Source: Spizellomyces punctatus DAOM BR117
Taxonomy: Eukaryota
DNA: 64,000 nucleotides
Assembly (NCBI GenBank): GCA_000182565.2
Contig: KQ257459.1
Strand: one strand, 5' to 3'
The position numbers were made by a program, and so were the translations under genes. A model generated the notes under the pieces. That model saw nothing but the letters and a program-made list of their open reading frames with translations, searched no databases and had not been told where the DNA came from. Positions 11,446 to 22,984 of this stretch are shown in pieces (the stretch's first letter is position 1; every line of letters begins with the position of its first letter).

Positions 11446-13404
11446 TTAGGCCTTCGCATAGACCTGAGGCACAGGCGGAACAGGAGGCGAATCCGGGTCC
11501 CAATACCACGCATCCCCGTCTTCCCCTATTCCAAATCGTCCATTTCCGTTGAAATCAAAAGTGACAATCATACCGCTACGTCGAGTGTCGGGAGAACGCA
11601 TACTTTTAACCTCGGGTAAACTCATTGGGGAGAGAGAAATTGTTCGTTCCGGAGGAACTGGTGGAGGAGGTGTGGTAGGTGCTGGGTATCGGGGCGGTTC
11701 TTTGTAAACTATATCGTCGCTCTTACGAGGCAAAGACTGAGACATTGGATTGGGTGGGAGTTCCGGTTGGGGTGGAAGTTGCATTTGGATCGGTAGTGGT
11801 GGGGGAGGTGGCGAGGGTGGTTGAGATTCAACGGCCGCCTTTTTCGAATCCAGCGAAAAAGAACGAAGCTTTCGAATCGGCTTTTGGTGTTTTAGTTTTT
11901 GTGTCAGGTTTTGTAGGGTGAATCGTTTATTCGAACCTGACGTCTTCTGAGAAGGTTGAGACTGCGTATTTTCGGTGGGTGTCGAGAAGGAAATCAAAGG
12001 GTCACGAGATAGTGTTGGACATTCAGACCGTATCGGAATGAGTGTTCGAGGAGCTTTGATGGGTGCGCCGTTAGCCACCTTGACCAAATCCGCTATCCAC
12101 ATTAACATATCCAATCTCGATTCTGCTGCAAAGTAGAACGGAATCGCATGCGAGCCGGTTCCCGGTTGAGGTGTGACGATTTTAAATGCGTATTGTGCCT
12201 TGTTGGAGCGGCTGGTCGTGCCCGTGCTGTTCCCACCAGAGTCATCAGGTAGCACGATGAGGTCCGGGGTGAGCATGATGATGGTCATTACGGTATTGTC
12301 CTGTTGGCCAAATCGGTTAATTGGGCAGGTTACGGAGCCATCTGGACGCAAACAATGCTCACCATTTGAGATTTGAGCACGTAAACATGCTCATTCTTCA
12401 ACAAGCACCAACGTCTTTTCCATGGACTGTCCCTGTCAACACGGAACAAAAGATGACCTTCCCGATCCGGATTCGTCAGCCCTTGTTCAGCCAACGTGCG
12501 AGGAGTGTCTACTGTTCGCGACTTTGACCGCGACAAGGTGCGAGCAAGGGTACCATTTCCAAAAATGGGTAAAAGCTTTGGTGATTTGGGTCTTCCTAAA
12601 CTTCCAGATCTATCCGACGACGTCTTGGAGCTCTTTGAACTCTTGCTGCTTTTCCTTGAAGCATGGTTGTCGCTTGTTGGCCATTCACTGCGCACACTCT
12701 CCGTAGTCAGGCTTCTTTCCAGTCTAGGTATTGGTGTGGCCTCGTCCATATTATACATATCCATTAGATCACACATTTGGACATGCATTGAATTTGTCCG
12801 CGACAGTGTTTGGGAACGACTCTCCTCCATCTCTTCAGGTTCCGAAGTGAAGAAGGTCTGATAGATGGAGCTCACTTTAATGTACTGCATGCAAGGATAA
12901 GGTTAACCAAAAATTTTGTGGGGCTGGATACACTCGTGTAGTACTACTAACCTGCTCTTGCTCCAAGGCCCCGGCCATGTCGCGTCCCGGAATTGGCGGC
13001 TCCTCTCCTTGAGGACTTCCAGTCAACGAAACCGACACACCCATCGCATGGCTCAAGGAGGCTTTGCGCGGTGGAACGGCAGAAGGCGCTTGTTTGGCAC
13101 GAGCATCGCCGTCCCTCTGATCCGCCGTACCACTACCGGACAGCAGTTTGATCAAGCCAGCCGCAAACTCGTCTTCCAATGATGGGTCTTGGTAAAGGTC
13201 TTCGCGGAGAGCTGCGCGCCGCGGGGATGACTTTGTGCGTGGAGGAATAGGAACGTCGGTAACAACATCTGGTCGACTTGGTAAAGGCTTTTGCATGCGC
13301 AGAAAGTCGGCAGCTGTCGACGTCGAATGTCCCAAATTCCCAAAGGTCGGCAGATATGGCGAGTTGGGAGGCATCGAGCGTCGCGGCAGTGTAAGTGACG
13401 ACAT
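11446..13404 (-). CDS. PH-domain protein with Pro/Ser-rich disordered flanks
   Basis: PH motifs PDREGHLLFR...WKRRWCLLK, YAFKIVTP...FYFAAESRLDMLMWIADL; polyproline tracts; three ORFs linked by introns. Confidence 0.85.
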
Positions 13405-14350
13405 TTTAACAATGCTCGGCTCTCCCGTCGTGACGATGCAATGCTTCTATTTTCTTTGTTTATTCTCAAGTGAATCGCCGTAAGCAACGCTTTTGTTTGT
13501 TTTGGAACGTCCGTTCGCCCAAGAAGCAGAGACGACAAAAGAACAAAAAGCACAGAGAGCTGCAACAAAAAGAAAGGCCTCCAAGCGATGCAGCCGCCAA
13601 GAAAAAGCGCAGTAAATCTAAATGTGTCTAACGTCTATACGCAAATAAAAAACGAGGCCAAAAAAACGTTATGAGATCTCAGAAATCAAAAGGCAAAAAC
13701 CCTCTACCCTTCCTTCTATTCTCCTTTCAGCCCCCCCTGTTCCTACGACGTTCTTCTTTGCAGGTGTTTCCTTGTTTTGGCGGCTGGCACTGGAAGAACC
13801 TCCTCCTCCAACAACTCACAACCAAGTCGCGTTATTTTAAAAACGGCTCAACGCGCGTCATGATTTTCATTAACCCTAAAAGGGCAATAGCAAAAGTTGG
13901 CGATGAGCGGAGTTTTAAAGCAAATGTAATTAAGGAGCAAGGGGATAATGAAAAGGAGATCAGGCTTGCCAATGCACATTAGGTTTGTTTGTAAGAGTTC
14001 GTCTGCGCAATGGAGCGGGGGTTGGAGACAACCAGCACGAGGTTGCATGTAATTATTCAATGACGGTCAGGGCTTTTGTTCAAATCCACCACTATGCGCG
14101 CGCTGGTGCAGTTTTTTGCTTTATCTGATGTATAGTTCCTTCAAAGTGCGAGCCCACCAGATGGGCCATACGCCAATCATCCGATGGCTGAATGTACTGC
14201 TCGTTGTATGGATTCGGATTCAATAAATATAAAAATGACATACATTGAAGAAAACATTTATAGATAGATACTCGAGACCTTTTCTCTCCCGTAACGTTTT
14301 TACCACTTTTCAGTAACTTTTCAGTTGCGAAATGACACGACATCACATGT

Positions 14351-16305
14351 TTAAACAGGGTCTTCGGTCTCAACTTGATATCCACTACTTGGTCCAATTG
14401 AATCTCTTCCGTCCTCGGGGGAGGGGCTCGGCATCATCTCTCTATGCTGATTATTAAGCAGGGTTGGCCGTCGCTCAGAGAACCGCTTGTTTTGCGAAAC
14501 CGCTCGCGCAAAGGTGATCACCATCTTGTGAAACGCTCGCTGAATCTGCCAGCTAGAAAAGGAGCGAGCGTCAGCGTCATCGCCAAAGTTGCGGGCGAAC
14601 AACGAGACGATACTTACAGCTCTGATATACGACTATACTGGGGCCGACGAACTCCAGACTCCTTATCGATATCTTGCTGCAAGACGTCTTGAAACTTGAA
14701 ATTGGCCAACATTCTCAAGTCCCGTGTAATTCGATGCAGCGCCTTTGCCAAAAAGAACGAAAACACAACCGCAACCGAACATCCAGCCACTACCACTCCA
14801 GCAACGATCGCGATCGTTTTACGATTGGCAGCTTGTAATTCGCCCATGATCGCATCACGGTTGATAAAAGCGATGATGGCCAAATCTGTGTTCGCTCGCT
14901 GAATTCTGCCAACCATCATACTGAACGTGCCACCCGATAATTCAAGCTCCACCGCCTCATTAGTTGGATGTATAGATAGCCAGTGGGAGAGAGAACCATC
15001 CGATTTTGTTTGCAGCAATTGATACAATGCAGCGGTGTCCTTATCCGTAACCGCAATTTCGGGTAAGGTCAGCGCTCGTACGGCCGCACCGTTCGAATCT
15101 AGTTCGTAGAGCTGGACATCTGGCTCAGATGAAGCCACGATCGTATCCGTCCCTCCGGCCATTTCAAATGCGTACAATAGGTTGTTGTACGGGATCGATG
15201 CTTTTGATTCCGCCAAGAGAGTTTGAATAAAGCTTAATGTAAGGTCCGCTCCGACAACACCTTGAATTGTGCCATGGTCGTCCGAAAAGACGCGAAGAAA
15301 ACTCTTCCATCCTTTATAGTCCCAAACTTGCACCGATGACCAATTGAACGCGTTGGCATTTGACACATCGATCGCCTTTCAAGAGCAACGTAGGATAAGG
15401 AATGTGACCCATATCTCCCGGTGCGTACAGTTGATGGCATTATACTCACTTGAACCCAGTAAGAATTGGTATTATTTTGGTTGAGGTCACTAGTCACAGG
15501 GCCGAGATTGGTTCCATTTGCGGCAACGTCCCAGGTGGTCAGATTCCCCCCATATTGTCGCCATAGGTGGTATTCTCTGACTGTTCCTTGTGTCGAAGTC
15601 GACGCTCCCCATAACTCACCCTCTGGAACGGTAGTAAAGTATTGAGTTGAGTAGAAATTGACGTTGGGAACGAGGACATTGAGCTGCAGCGATGCAGTTA
15701 AGAGATTGATTCGGGATGGAGCTTTTTGTCGCTATGCCAGCCACTCACCAATTTTTGGGTCGTGATATCCTTGTCTGCATACGTGGCCGCGGAGTAATAA
15801 CCCTGGCGAAAGTTAAGCACAGAGACTGCGGTTGATGCCTCTACTGCTAGAAAACGAACGGCAACATCCGAAACCTATGGAGTCGTGCTTACTTTAGATG
15901 AGCAGCCACAACTGTGATGACAAACGAGAAGCGTACCACTTGGTCAATAATTCGCCTCTGAAGAGCTTGTGCCAGAATAGTTGCCGAGTTCTTAAAGATG
16001 AAAAGACAATCAGTCGTCAAAACCCCGAATATGCGCAAACTTGGCAGACCTACCGTGGCGGCACGAAAAGTCAATCCCCATGCCAAAAAAGCGATCCCAG
16101 TTGCAAGCGACGTAATAAATGCAATCAAAATCAAACTGATCGGCGCCCTTCCACTCTTCAATCCCGTTATGAACCGGTGAAAGGTCCATACGCGGTTACT
16201 GAGGACCATTTCACCCTTGCTATTGAGGGACATGGTAGGGTCCGTCGTCGACGACCCGCCATTGACGGACTGCTCTGGTCTTCCTGGAGATCTACTCATA
16301 CTCAT
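14351..16305 (-). CDS. Two-TM membrane sensor: TM1 - extracellular dCache-like domain - TM2 - HAMP-like region - short tail, no output domain
   Basis: TM1 ISLILIAFITSLATGIAFLAWGLTF; Cache-like YWVQA...NWSSVQVW...VFSDDHGTIQGVVGADLTLSFIQ; TM2 TIAIVAGVVVAGCSVAVVFSFFLA; HAMP-like KALHRITRDLRMLANF...SRISELWQIQRAFHKM; stop 14351. Exons splice in frame. Confidence 0.8.
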
Positions 16306-17659
16306 AATCGTGTGTGATCAATTTTTGTAAAGGATAGGTACTGGAAAGGCAAGAAGAAGCTTTTGTCTTTTGGTGGGCTGTTGAGCAGCCTGGGTCGTAG
16401 AGTGCATGACATATCCCTCTTAATCATCCGTGGTAAATTACACAACAATCATGGTTCCTGGGGTAAAGGCATTGAAAGACACAAAAAATGTTAATCCTGA
16501 ATTTTGAATGGATGTTTGCCCTTCTTTGATACTGAAGATAATCGCACGCTGTCAGTATTTGAGAAGCTCCGCCGTTACATAAGCAGGTCTCCGCAAACAA
16601 CAAACGCTGACAGGTGCCACTTGAAATGGGAGACAGATGGGGCTATCTCCTAAATACAGTTGGATATGCCAACACTATCTTAACCTGCGCCCGTAAAGCG
16701 TCGGAGGCGTGATGTTTACCAGGAATGCTGTTCTTAGATTGGAATGCCACCATCGCACCCATGTCACGTTGCGACTTGACGACAATGACAACCCGTTGCA
16801 GAACAATGCTTCCACCCACTACTTTTCAAAGGCTCTCGTGAGAATAAACTATTCAAGGAGGGGTAAAAGGAAGGCGATGCGGGTTGAGGGATGTTTACAC
16901 GAGACCCGCATCAGGGCTGAAAATTGCGGAGCGTATTAGTCCAATGTTACCTTACCCCAAACCTTCATACCCATTGAATTTGTCGAACGGGCGTTCTCCG
17001 TTGCAACAACGCCCGCATTGTCAATTTCTTGGGGTTGAGTCCCGTGCTGTTTGTGTTTTGTAGGATGTCTTCTCCGATCTCATCAATGCGGCTAGCCCAG
17101 ATTCTCTTTCATTTAGAAAGGCTTGGCCATCGGCCCTCACAGTCCACTTCTCAAATAGGTCTATGGCCATGTGGTTTTAGAGCAATGCCCTTCCCTTCAT
17201 TCACTTTTCTAGGGTCCGTTCTATCGTGTGCTTTAGAACTATGACTTGCTCAGGCGGGACGGAATGTTAACAAGGTACGGCCAGCCACATGTCAAATCCA
17301 TCTCTGTTCAAGCATAACCTAGCAAAACAGTATACATTTACCCAGGTATTTCTGGCAATCAGCCCTGCCGTCGGTACGTCCATGAAGATGATTTCCACCT
17401 TCCCGCAGCTACAAGCAAAAAACAAAACGTTCACGGTGATCCAACTTGTTTCTTGAGAATATTTGACCAATATGTTCGCAACTGACTCTGATTTCTACCA
17501 AACATATCGTTGAATTCCTGTGTTATAACAGGCCAATTGCCGAGTTCGCCGTGTTTTTGAGCTAGCATTTGGAGAGCCTGCGTTCGGCATCAGACTAAGG
17601 TCGCTAAAAATGTCATCGCATCTATTGAGATAGGAAATATCCGAAATGGCAGTGATGGA

Positions 17660-17992
17660 TTCACATGCATACCGCTCGATTGCGAGTGCTCTCGGCTTCC
17701 ACTTTCTTTGCTTTCACTGGCTTTGGCTCCTGGGTGCCTGGTAAAAGTTGGTCCACATGATCTTGATTTTCATCAAGTTCGTTCTGGAGAATTCCATCTG
17801 GAGTGCTGCCAATACGATTGTCGTCGTTGGCGCCGACCACTTTCTTTGTTCTTTTCTTCTTCTTCTTTGGCTCTGATGATGTGCAAGTGCTTTCATTGCC
17901 ACGTACTCTTCAGGCTCAGCTTTCATAACCTTTCTTTTCTTCTTCTTCTTTGGCTCTGATGAGCTTTCCATCAAAGAATGATGCTTTTTCAA
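17660..17992 (-). pseudogene. Possible degraded coding relic (Lys-rich, duplicated SSEPKKKKKR, frameshifted)
   Basis: Two SSEPKKKKKR-encoding copies lie in different frames; protein-like text continues after a frame change (RTKKVVGANDDNRIGSTPDGILQNELDENQDH) and then hits stops. Confidence 0.3.
17849..17962. repeat. Perfect 31-bp direct repeat, 2 copies
   Basis: ttcttttcttcttcttctttggctctgatga at 17849-17879 and 17932-17962. Confidence 0.9.
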
Positions 17993-18342
17993 TTACAAAA
18001 ACTGTTATTCTTTGGCTATTGAATTCGAAATTAGATTTTAACAAATTTTGAAAATTGGTGAGCAGCGAGTAGATATGAAAGCTTGATGCGCATCGTAGTC
18101 TGTTCCCAAGTGCAACTTGTTAAGCGTCTATCACATGATCCACCCTTTGCCCTTTGCAAGCTTCCACAGATGATATTCTAATGACGCAACAAGTGGAATC
18201 GTAACCTTGTGAAGCCCCATTTCAACTCGAGAGGATAAAAAGCAAGACAGTACGCCGGACAGACCATCTCGCAAGAAAACACGACAAGCACTCGACCAAG
18301 CAATTGATTGTAAACCAAACATCAATCAACGACAAAAAGGAC

Positions 18343-18665
18343 ATGGGCAAAACACCAGGACACCGTAAGTCTTTCGCAAGTTCTTCCACGATATAAACCA
18401 TCCTTGTTAAACTGTTCCATTTCCAAAAGGTGAACACAACGCTCCTCCGCTGGGTCACGAACCCAACAGTGCGTATATCCTCCACGGCCGACAGGACCAA
18501 CCGCACCACGATGCAGTGCGAGCTGTCGAAGAAGTTGCTCATGCACAAAAGGACAAGCCCGGATGGGAAGGGACAGAGCATCTAGTCAAACCTAGTGTAA
18601 AGGACAAGCCGATTGTGGGCAAGTTGGAGAAGGATTGGGAAGAGGAGCAGAAGAGAAAGGAGTAG
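18343..18665 (+). CDS. Small hydrophilic protein (85 aa, 2 exons), absent from the ORF track
   Basis: ATG 18343, intron 18365-18429 (GTAAGT...AAG), stop TAG 18663-18665. Product MGKTPGHREHNAPPLGHEPNSAYILHGRQDQPHHDAVRAVEEVAHAQKDKPGWEGTEHLVKPSVKDKPIVGKLEKDWEEEQKRKE. Confidence 0.7.
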
Positions 18666-19004
18666 TTTGGGACATTTAGAGGGTTCGACCACATGTACAT
18701 AGCAATTTCAGAAGAGAATCTGTTTTCATTCAACCTTTAACCGCTGAGTCTGTAATATCTTTTCTTTTTCGGTACTTGCTCTGGACAAATCTAGCTCGCT
18801 GAGATAAGAACAATGGTACTCAGGCACGGAGAATGGTGCCTCAAGATCATCACCAACGCCAGTCACATTCCCATTAACACATTCAACTTTATCCAATATG
18901 TATATATTAACCTCAGGTATGGCTTGTCTTTTATGACAGTGTACCAAAAATTCCATTCCCAAAGACCCGACGAACCGTACAATATCATACATTTGCAAAC
19001 GTCA

Positions 19005-20064
19005 CTACTGATCGGGAGCCAACTCGTACTTTTCAATAACGTTTCTCATTTCCTTTGCTGATTTCTTTAGCAATTCTTCTTCTTCCTCTGTCAAAGGAGG
19101 TTTGAGGGTTTGCCTGACTCCGCTATGGCCTAGCACGACGGGGAAACTGAGGCAAACGTTGAGTTCGGGAATGTAGTGTGAGAGGGGACGGACGTGGCGG
19201 AGGTCAAAGATGATGCATTCGCAGATGGAGGCTGCTACACCGCCAATACTGTGGGCACATGAGGAGTTTGTTGGTGGGTGATCAATAGTCAAGTGAAAAC
19301 ATGAGATGTGTACTCACCCAAAATATGTGGCGCCCTTTGCTTCAATAATCTTGTATGCCTTATTCTTGACGTCCTCCGCCAACTTTTTCTTGTCGACCCC
19401 CTTCATTGCAGATAAACTCAACAAGGGCGTATTGGCGACATGAGCCGAGCTCCACGCGACAAACTGACTGTCACCATGTTCACCTAGGACGTAGGCATGC
19501 ACAGCAGTCTCTGCCACTTCCAGTCGCGATGAGAGTTCACTTCTCAGCCGCGCCGAGTCAAGGTATGTCCCAGATCCCAAGACTTGGCTTTGAGGCAATC
19601 CACTCAGTTTTTGTGCAAAATAAGTCAAAACATCAACAGGATTAGCAATGAGCAACAAAATTGCCGATTGCTTGAATGGTTTCATTGATTCTATGACGGA
19701 ACTCAGAATCGCTCGATTACGGCCAATGAGGTCCACACGGGTTTCACCGGGACGCTGCTTGGCCCCGGCAGTGATAATGACAATATCGCATTGCCCGGCT
19801 TCTTTGGGTGTACCCATCCTGACTTTGGTGTCCGACAGGAAAGCAGCGTCGGAAAGGTCCAAGACCTGGGCGGCACATTTTTCAGTGTCGAGATCAACTA
19901 GGAGGAGTTCCGAGGCGCAACGACGGAGGAGGATGGCATAGGCGGCCTAGATGGTTCAATGTATCAAGATATGCCCGTCTCTCTGCGTGATATTGATGAA
20001 TAACCAACGTTACCGTAGCACCAACACTTCCAGCTCCACCAATGATAGCAATCTTGGCCGGCAT
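19005..20064 (-). CDS. ldh: L-lactate dehydrogenase (NAD-dependent), 3 exons
   Basis: MPAKIAIIGGAGSVG; TAGAKQRPGETR (Gln specificity residue of LDH rather than the Arg of MDH); ANPVD; GSGTYLDSARLR; LGEHGDS; KGATYFGIG. Confidence 0.93.
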
Positions 20065-20203
20065 TCTTTCTGTATGCTATGCTCCTTGGTTGATAATCTC
20101 AAGTAAGGTAGATACAAAGCGTATTGAACAGAGTTCCGGCTGTTAAAAAGAACCTTTAAAAGAAAGGAACCTTAAATAGGCCCCCGCCATGATGAGATAA
20201 TGG

Positions 20204-20212
20204 ATGAGTCAT
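20204..20212. promoter_or_regulatory. Gcn4/AP-1 consensus ATGAGTCAT upstream of LDH
   Basis: Perfect 9-bp site 140 bp upstream of the LDH ATG. Confidence 0.35.
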
Positions 20213-20882
20213 TACAGCGCAACAAAAACTCAACGCGTGCATGGCAGGATGTGGGTGACAATCCTTTCTCCTCGCCATGGGAAGCGATATTTAGGCAAAA
20301 CATTGTAAACAAAGTAAAGCGAGAGCAAGTTATTTAGCATAGTATTGTAAAACGGATTTCCTCACCGTACATATTGCGGAACGTCCGCTTAAAATGTCCA
20401 ATCTATTATGAACCATGTGGATCGGTTGATCCGCTTTTCAAGTGTTGTTACATGATTGGGGTATGATTCGGGTATCAACAATGTTGAGTATAAATGTGAA
20501 TAGATATCAATGATCGCCGATCGCCGTTCAAGCATGGCTTTTCTGGGCAAGAGTTTTATAAAACGGACGGAATGCCATGCAGAGGATCTCCAAAAACAAA
20601 AAGTAAGCACACTCAACAAAATATAGATGGCTAACTGAAAGAGGCATCAAAAAAAGACCATGTAAAGAAACCGGTGAAGCTGTCAGTGCCCAAAAGTATG
20701 CTTTTGCAGTGTTATTTCCAAGTGTGTATCCAAACTTGCAATTTACAAATTGATTACATAAAGCTCCGCTCAGGAAGGCCCAGCGACCCATTGGCGGTAT
20801 CGCGCATCGGCCAGTTTACAACAACGACCACGCACCCGCTTTATCATAAAGTGCAACTACAAAGAAGTGAGCAAAAAAGATA

Positions 20883-22689
20883 ATGTCGGACGTCATTCGC
20901 CTGTTGGACAGCTCAGGCACAAATGTTCTCGACTCTGTCTCAACAGACTATGAAGACTCTTTTTGCCTCGAAACCTTTGGAGACCTTATTTCCATGCACC
21001 GCGAGTCCGAACCAAAAGGCACAAAAGAGTTTATTATTGCAAGAGTACAAACGTGGGATCATAAGCAGCCTGAAAAAGTTTGTAATGGTGGTTGAGCCCC
21101 GTTGAGCGTACGGAGAATGTAACTGATAGAGATTGGCTTTTGCTAGGCGTTTTATTCTTATTACAGCGCATACCAGTTGAACAAGATTCTCATCAAAACA
21201 CAGAAATATAAAGGAAAACGATTGATCCATCGACTGCATGTCTTGAATCCATTGACGAATACAGATATTATTGGAAATGTTCAGGTAGGTGCATTCTGTG
21301 TACGCTTTGAACATGTAAGCTGCAGCAAATGTTGAATTCTTGCGATAGTATTTTATGGTAAAATCTCAATCAGATGCAAAGGAATCTGAAAATGAGGCAA
21401 ATCCAGCAGAAACTTTGCAACCTGTAGAGGTAACATCCGTACCAGAACCCGTCCCAGCTCCACAAGAAATGCTGCAAGTCCTCCAGCCCCCAATTCCTAC
21501 TGATAACGAAGGAGACGAAGGCCTCCCTTCCTCACCAATAGGACCGCTTCCCCCTCCCATGATGAAACCTGCTCGGAAACGGCCCACTTCCCTCTCCATC
21601 AAAACTGGCCCACACTCTCTCCCCCGTCCTGCGCGCCGGAACTCGGATCTCATCATCCCGCCCAGTCCAAGCGTCAAGCAGGTGGAAGCAGGAACAGCAA
21701 CGTCATGGACAATGAGTGCTCCTAGCGCTGTCGAAGCGCCCGATGATGAACCCCTGTTAGCAGGTGACCGGAAAGCCGATGCCACAGGCGAGGAAGCCAA
21801 ACAGCAACCACGGAAAAAATCCATTTTTTCCAATATCATGTCGCCTCGTCGAAAATCTGTCGCACCAGGGACACCTAAAAAGATGTTGTCCATGCGTCTC
21901 AGGGCTTTCTCTGATAAATCCACACCACAAGCTCATGCACCCTCTCAACGCCGTCACCATTCCGCCGGCGATGCTTACCATCCCACAACGACCACCCCGC
22001 CGCTAGCCCAGCCGCCCATGTCAGCGTTCCCAACCACGCACCCAGACGCGACAAAAGTTCCTGTACCCGCAGGGAACGTAACCCGTTTCGCCGTTCCGGT
22101 TCCCATTGAAGAACTGACTTCCCTTCCCCCTACATCACGAAATAGGAGAAGAACCCTCTCCTACCACAACGCTGTAACAGCTGCAGGAACTCACGCATCC
22201 TTTGAAGACTGGTTGCATATGGTTACATTAGAGCGAAAGGCATTCAAGCGGAAGGGATCAAGATCAGATGCTGGGGAGGAGTACGATGTTGTGAGGCCAT
22301 TTGGGAGGGCTAGTTTGGTGAATAAGGGGTTGAGGATTAGTACTCCAAAGTTGGATACCATTCGAGGTTCGCCTCCTGCAAAGCAGACAGGGGATATTAA
22401 TCAGTCGGCACCCACGACACCGAAAAATGAACAGGAACAAAAGGAAGAGGAGCATGAACAAGATGATGAGACAGAGAGCACGATCAATATCTATGATGCC
22501 ATACTATTTGCTACAGATATTGATTTTCTGGAAAGTAGTAAAGTTCGGGCCATTTTCCGGGAGAATGCTGTGACGCCGGATGATGCCAAGCTGTTTGAAT
22601 TGCCACCTGTGCCTGCTGAATCGCCGTCGCCGACGTCGCCGAGACGGCCGCCAGTTTCACCGGATGAACCTCTCTGCTTTTGTTGTTAA
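20883..22689 (+). CDS. DUF5092-like protein with a long disordered insertion and C-terminal CFCC
   Basis: EDSFCLETF...FIIARVQT...FYSYYSAYQLNKIL...NPLTNTDIIGNVQYF and YDAILFATDIDFLESSKVRAIFRENA; the family match is from memory. Ends LCFCC-stop. Confidence 0.7.
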
Positions 22690-22984
22690 TTGTACACGAT
22701 GAGGGTCATTGTACTATGGTAAAATGGGTTATTGATTAGCCAACATGAAATACATATTACGAGTGAGCAAGTTACTGGGACAAACTGTTGTTGAAATACA
22801 CCCACTCCATACGTTTATTTCTTTCATTTAGTGTTTTTACATACGTGTGCTATGGCAAATACTATATCTACTAGGGTTCACCCACCTCTAGTACTACTAG
22901 CATAAGAAAAGTACAGACTAGACATGAAAACAAACAATAATCCTAATCTAGGAAGCACTATATTTATCGTGTATCTAGATTTGC

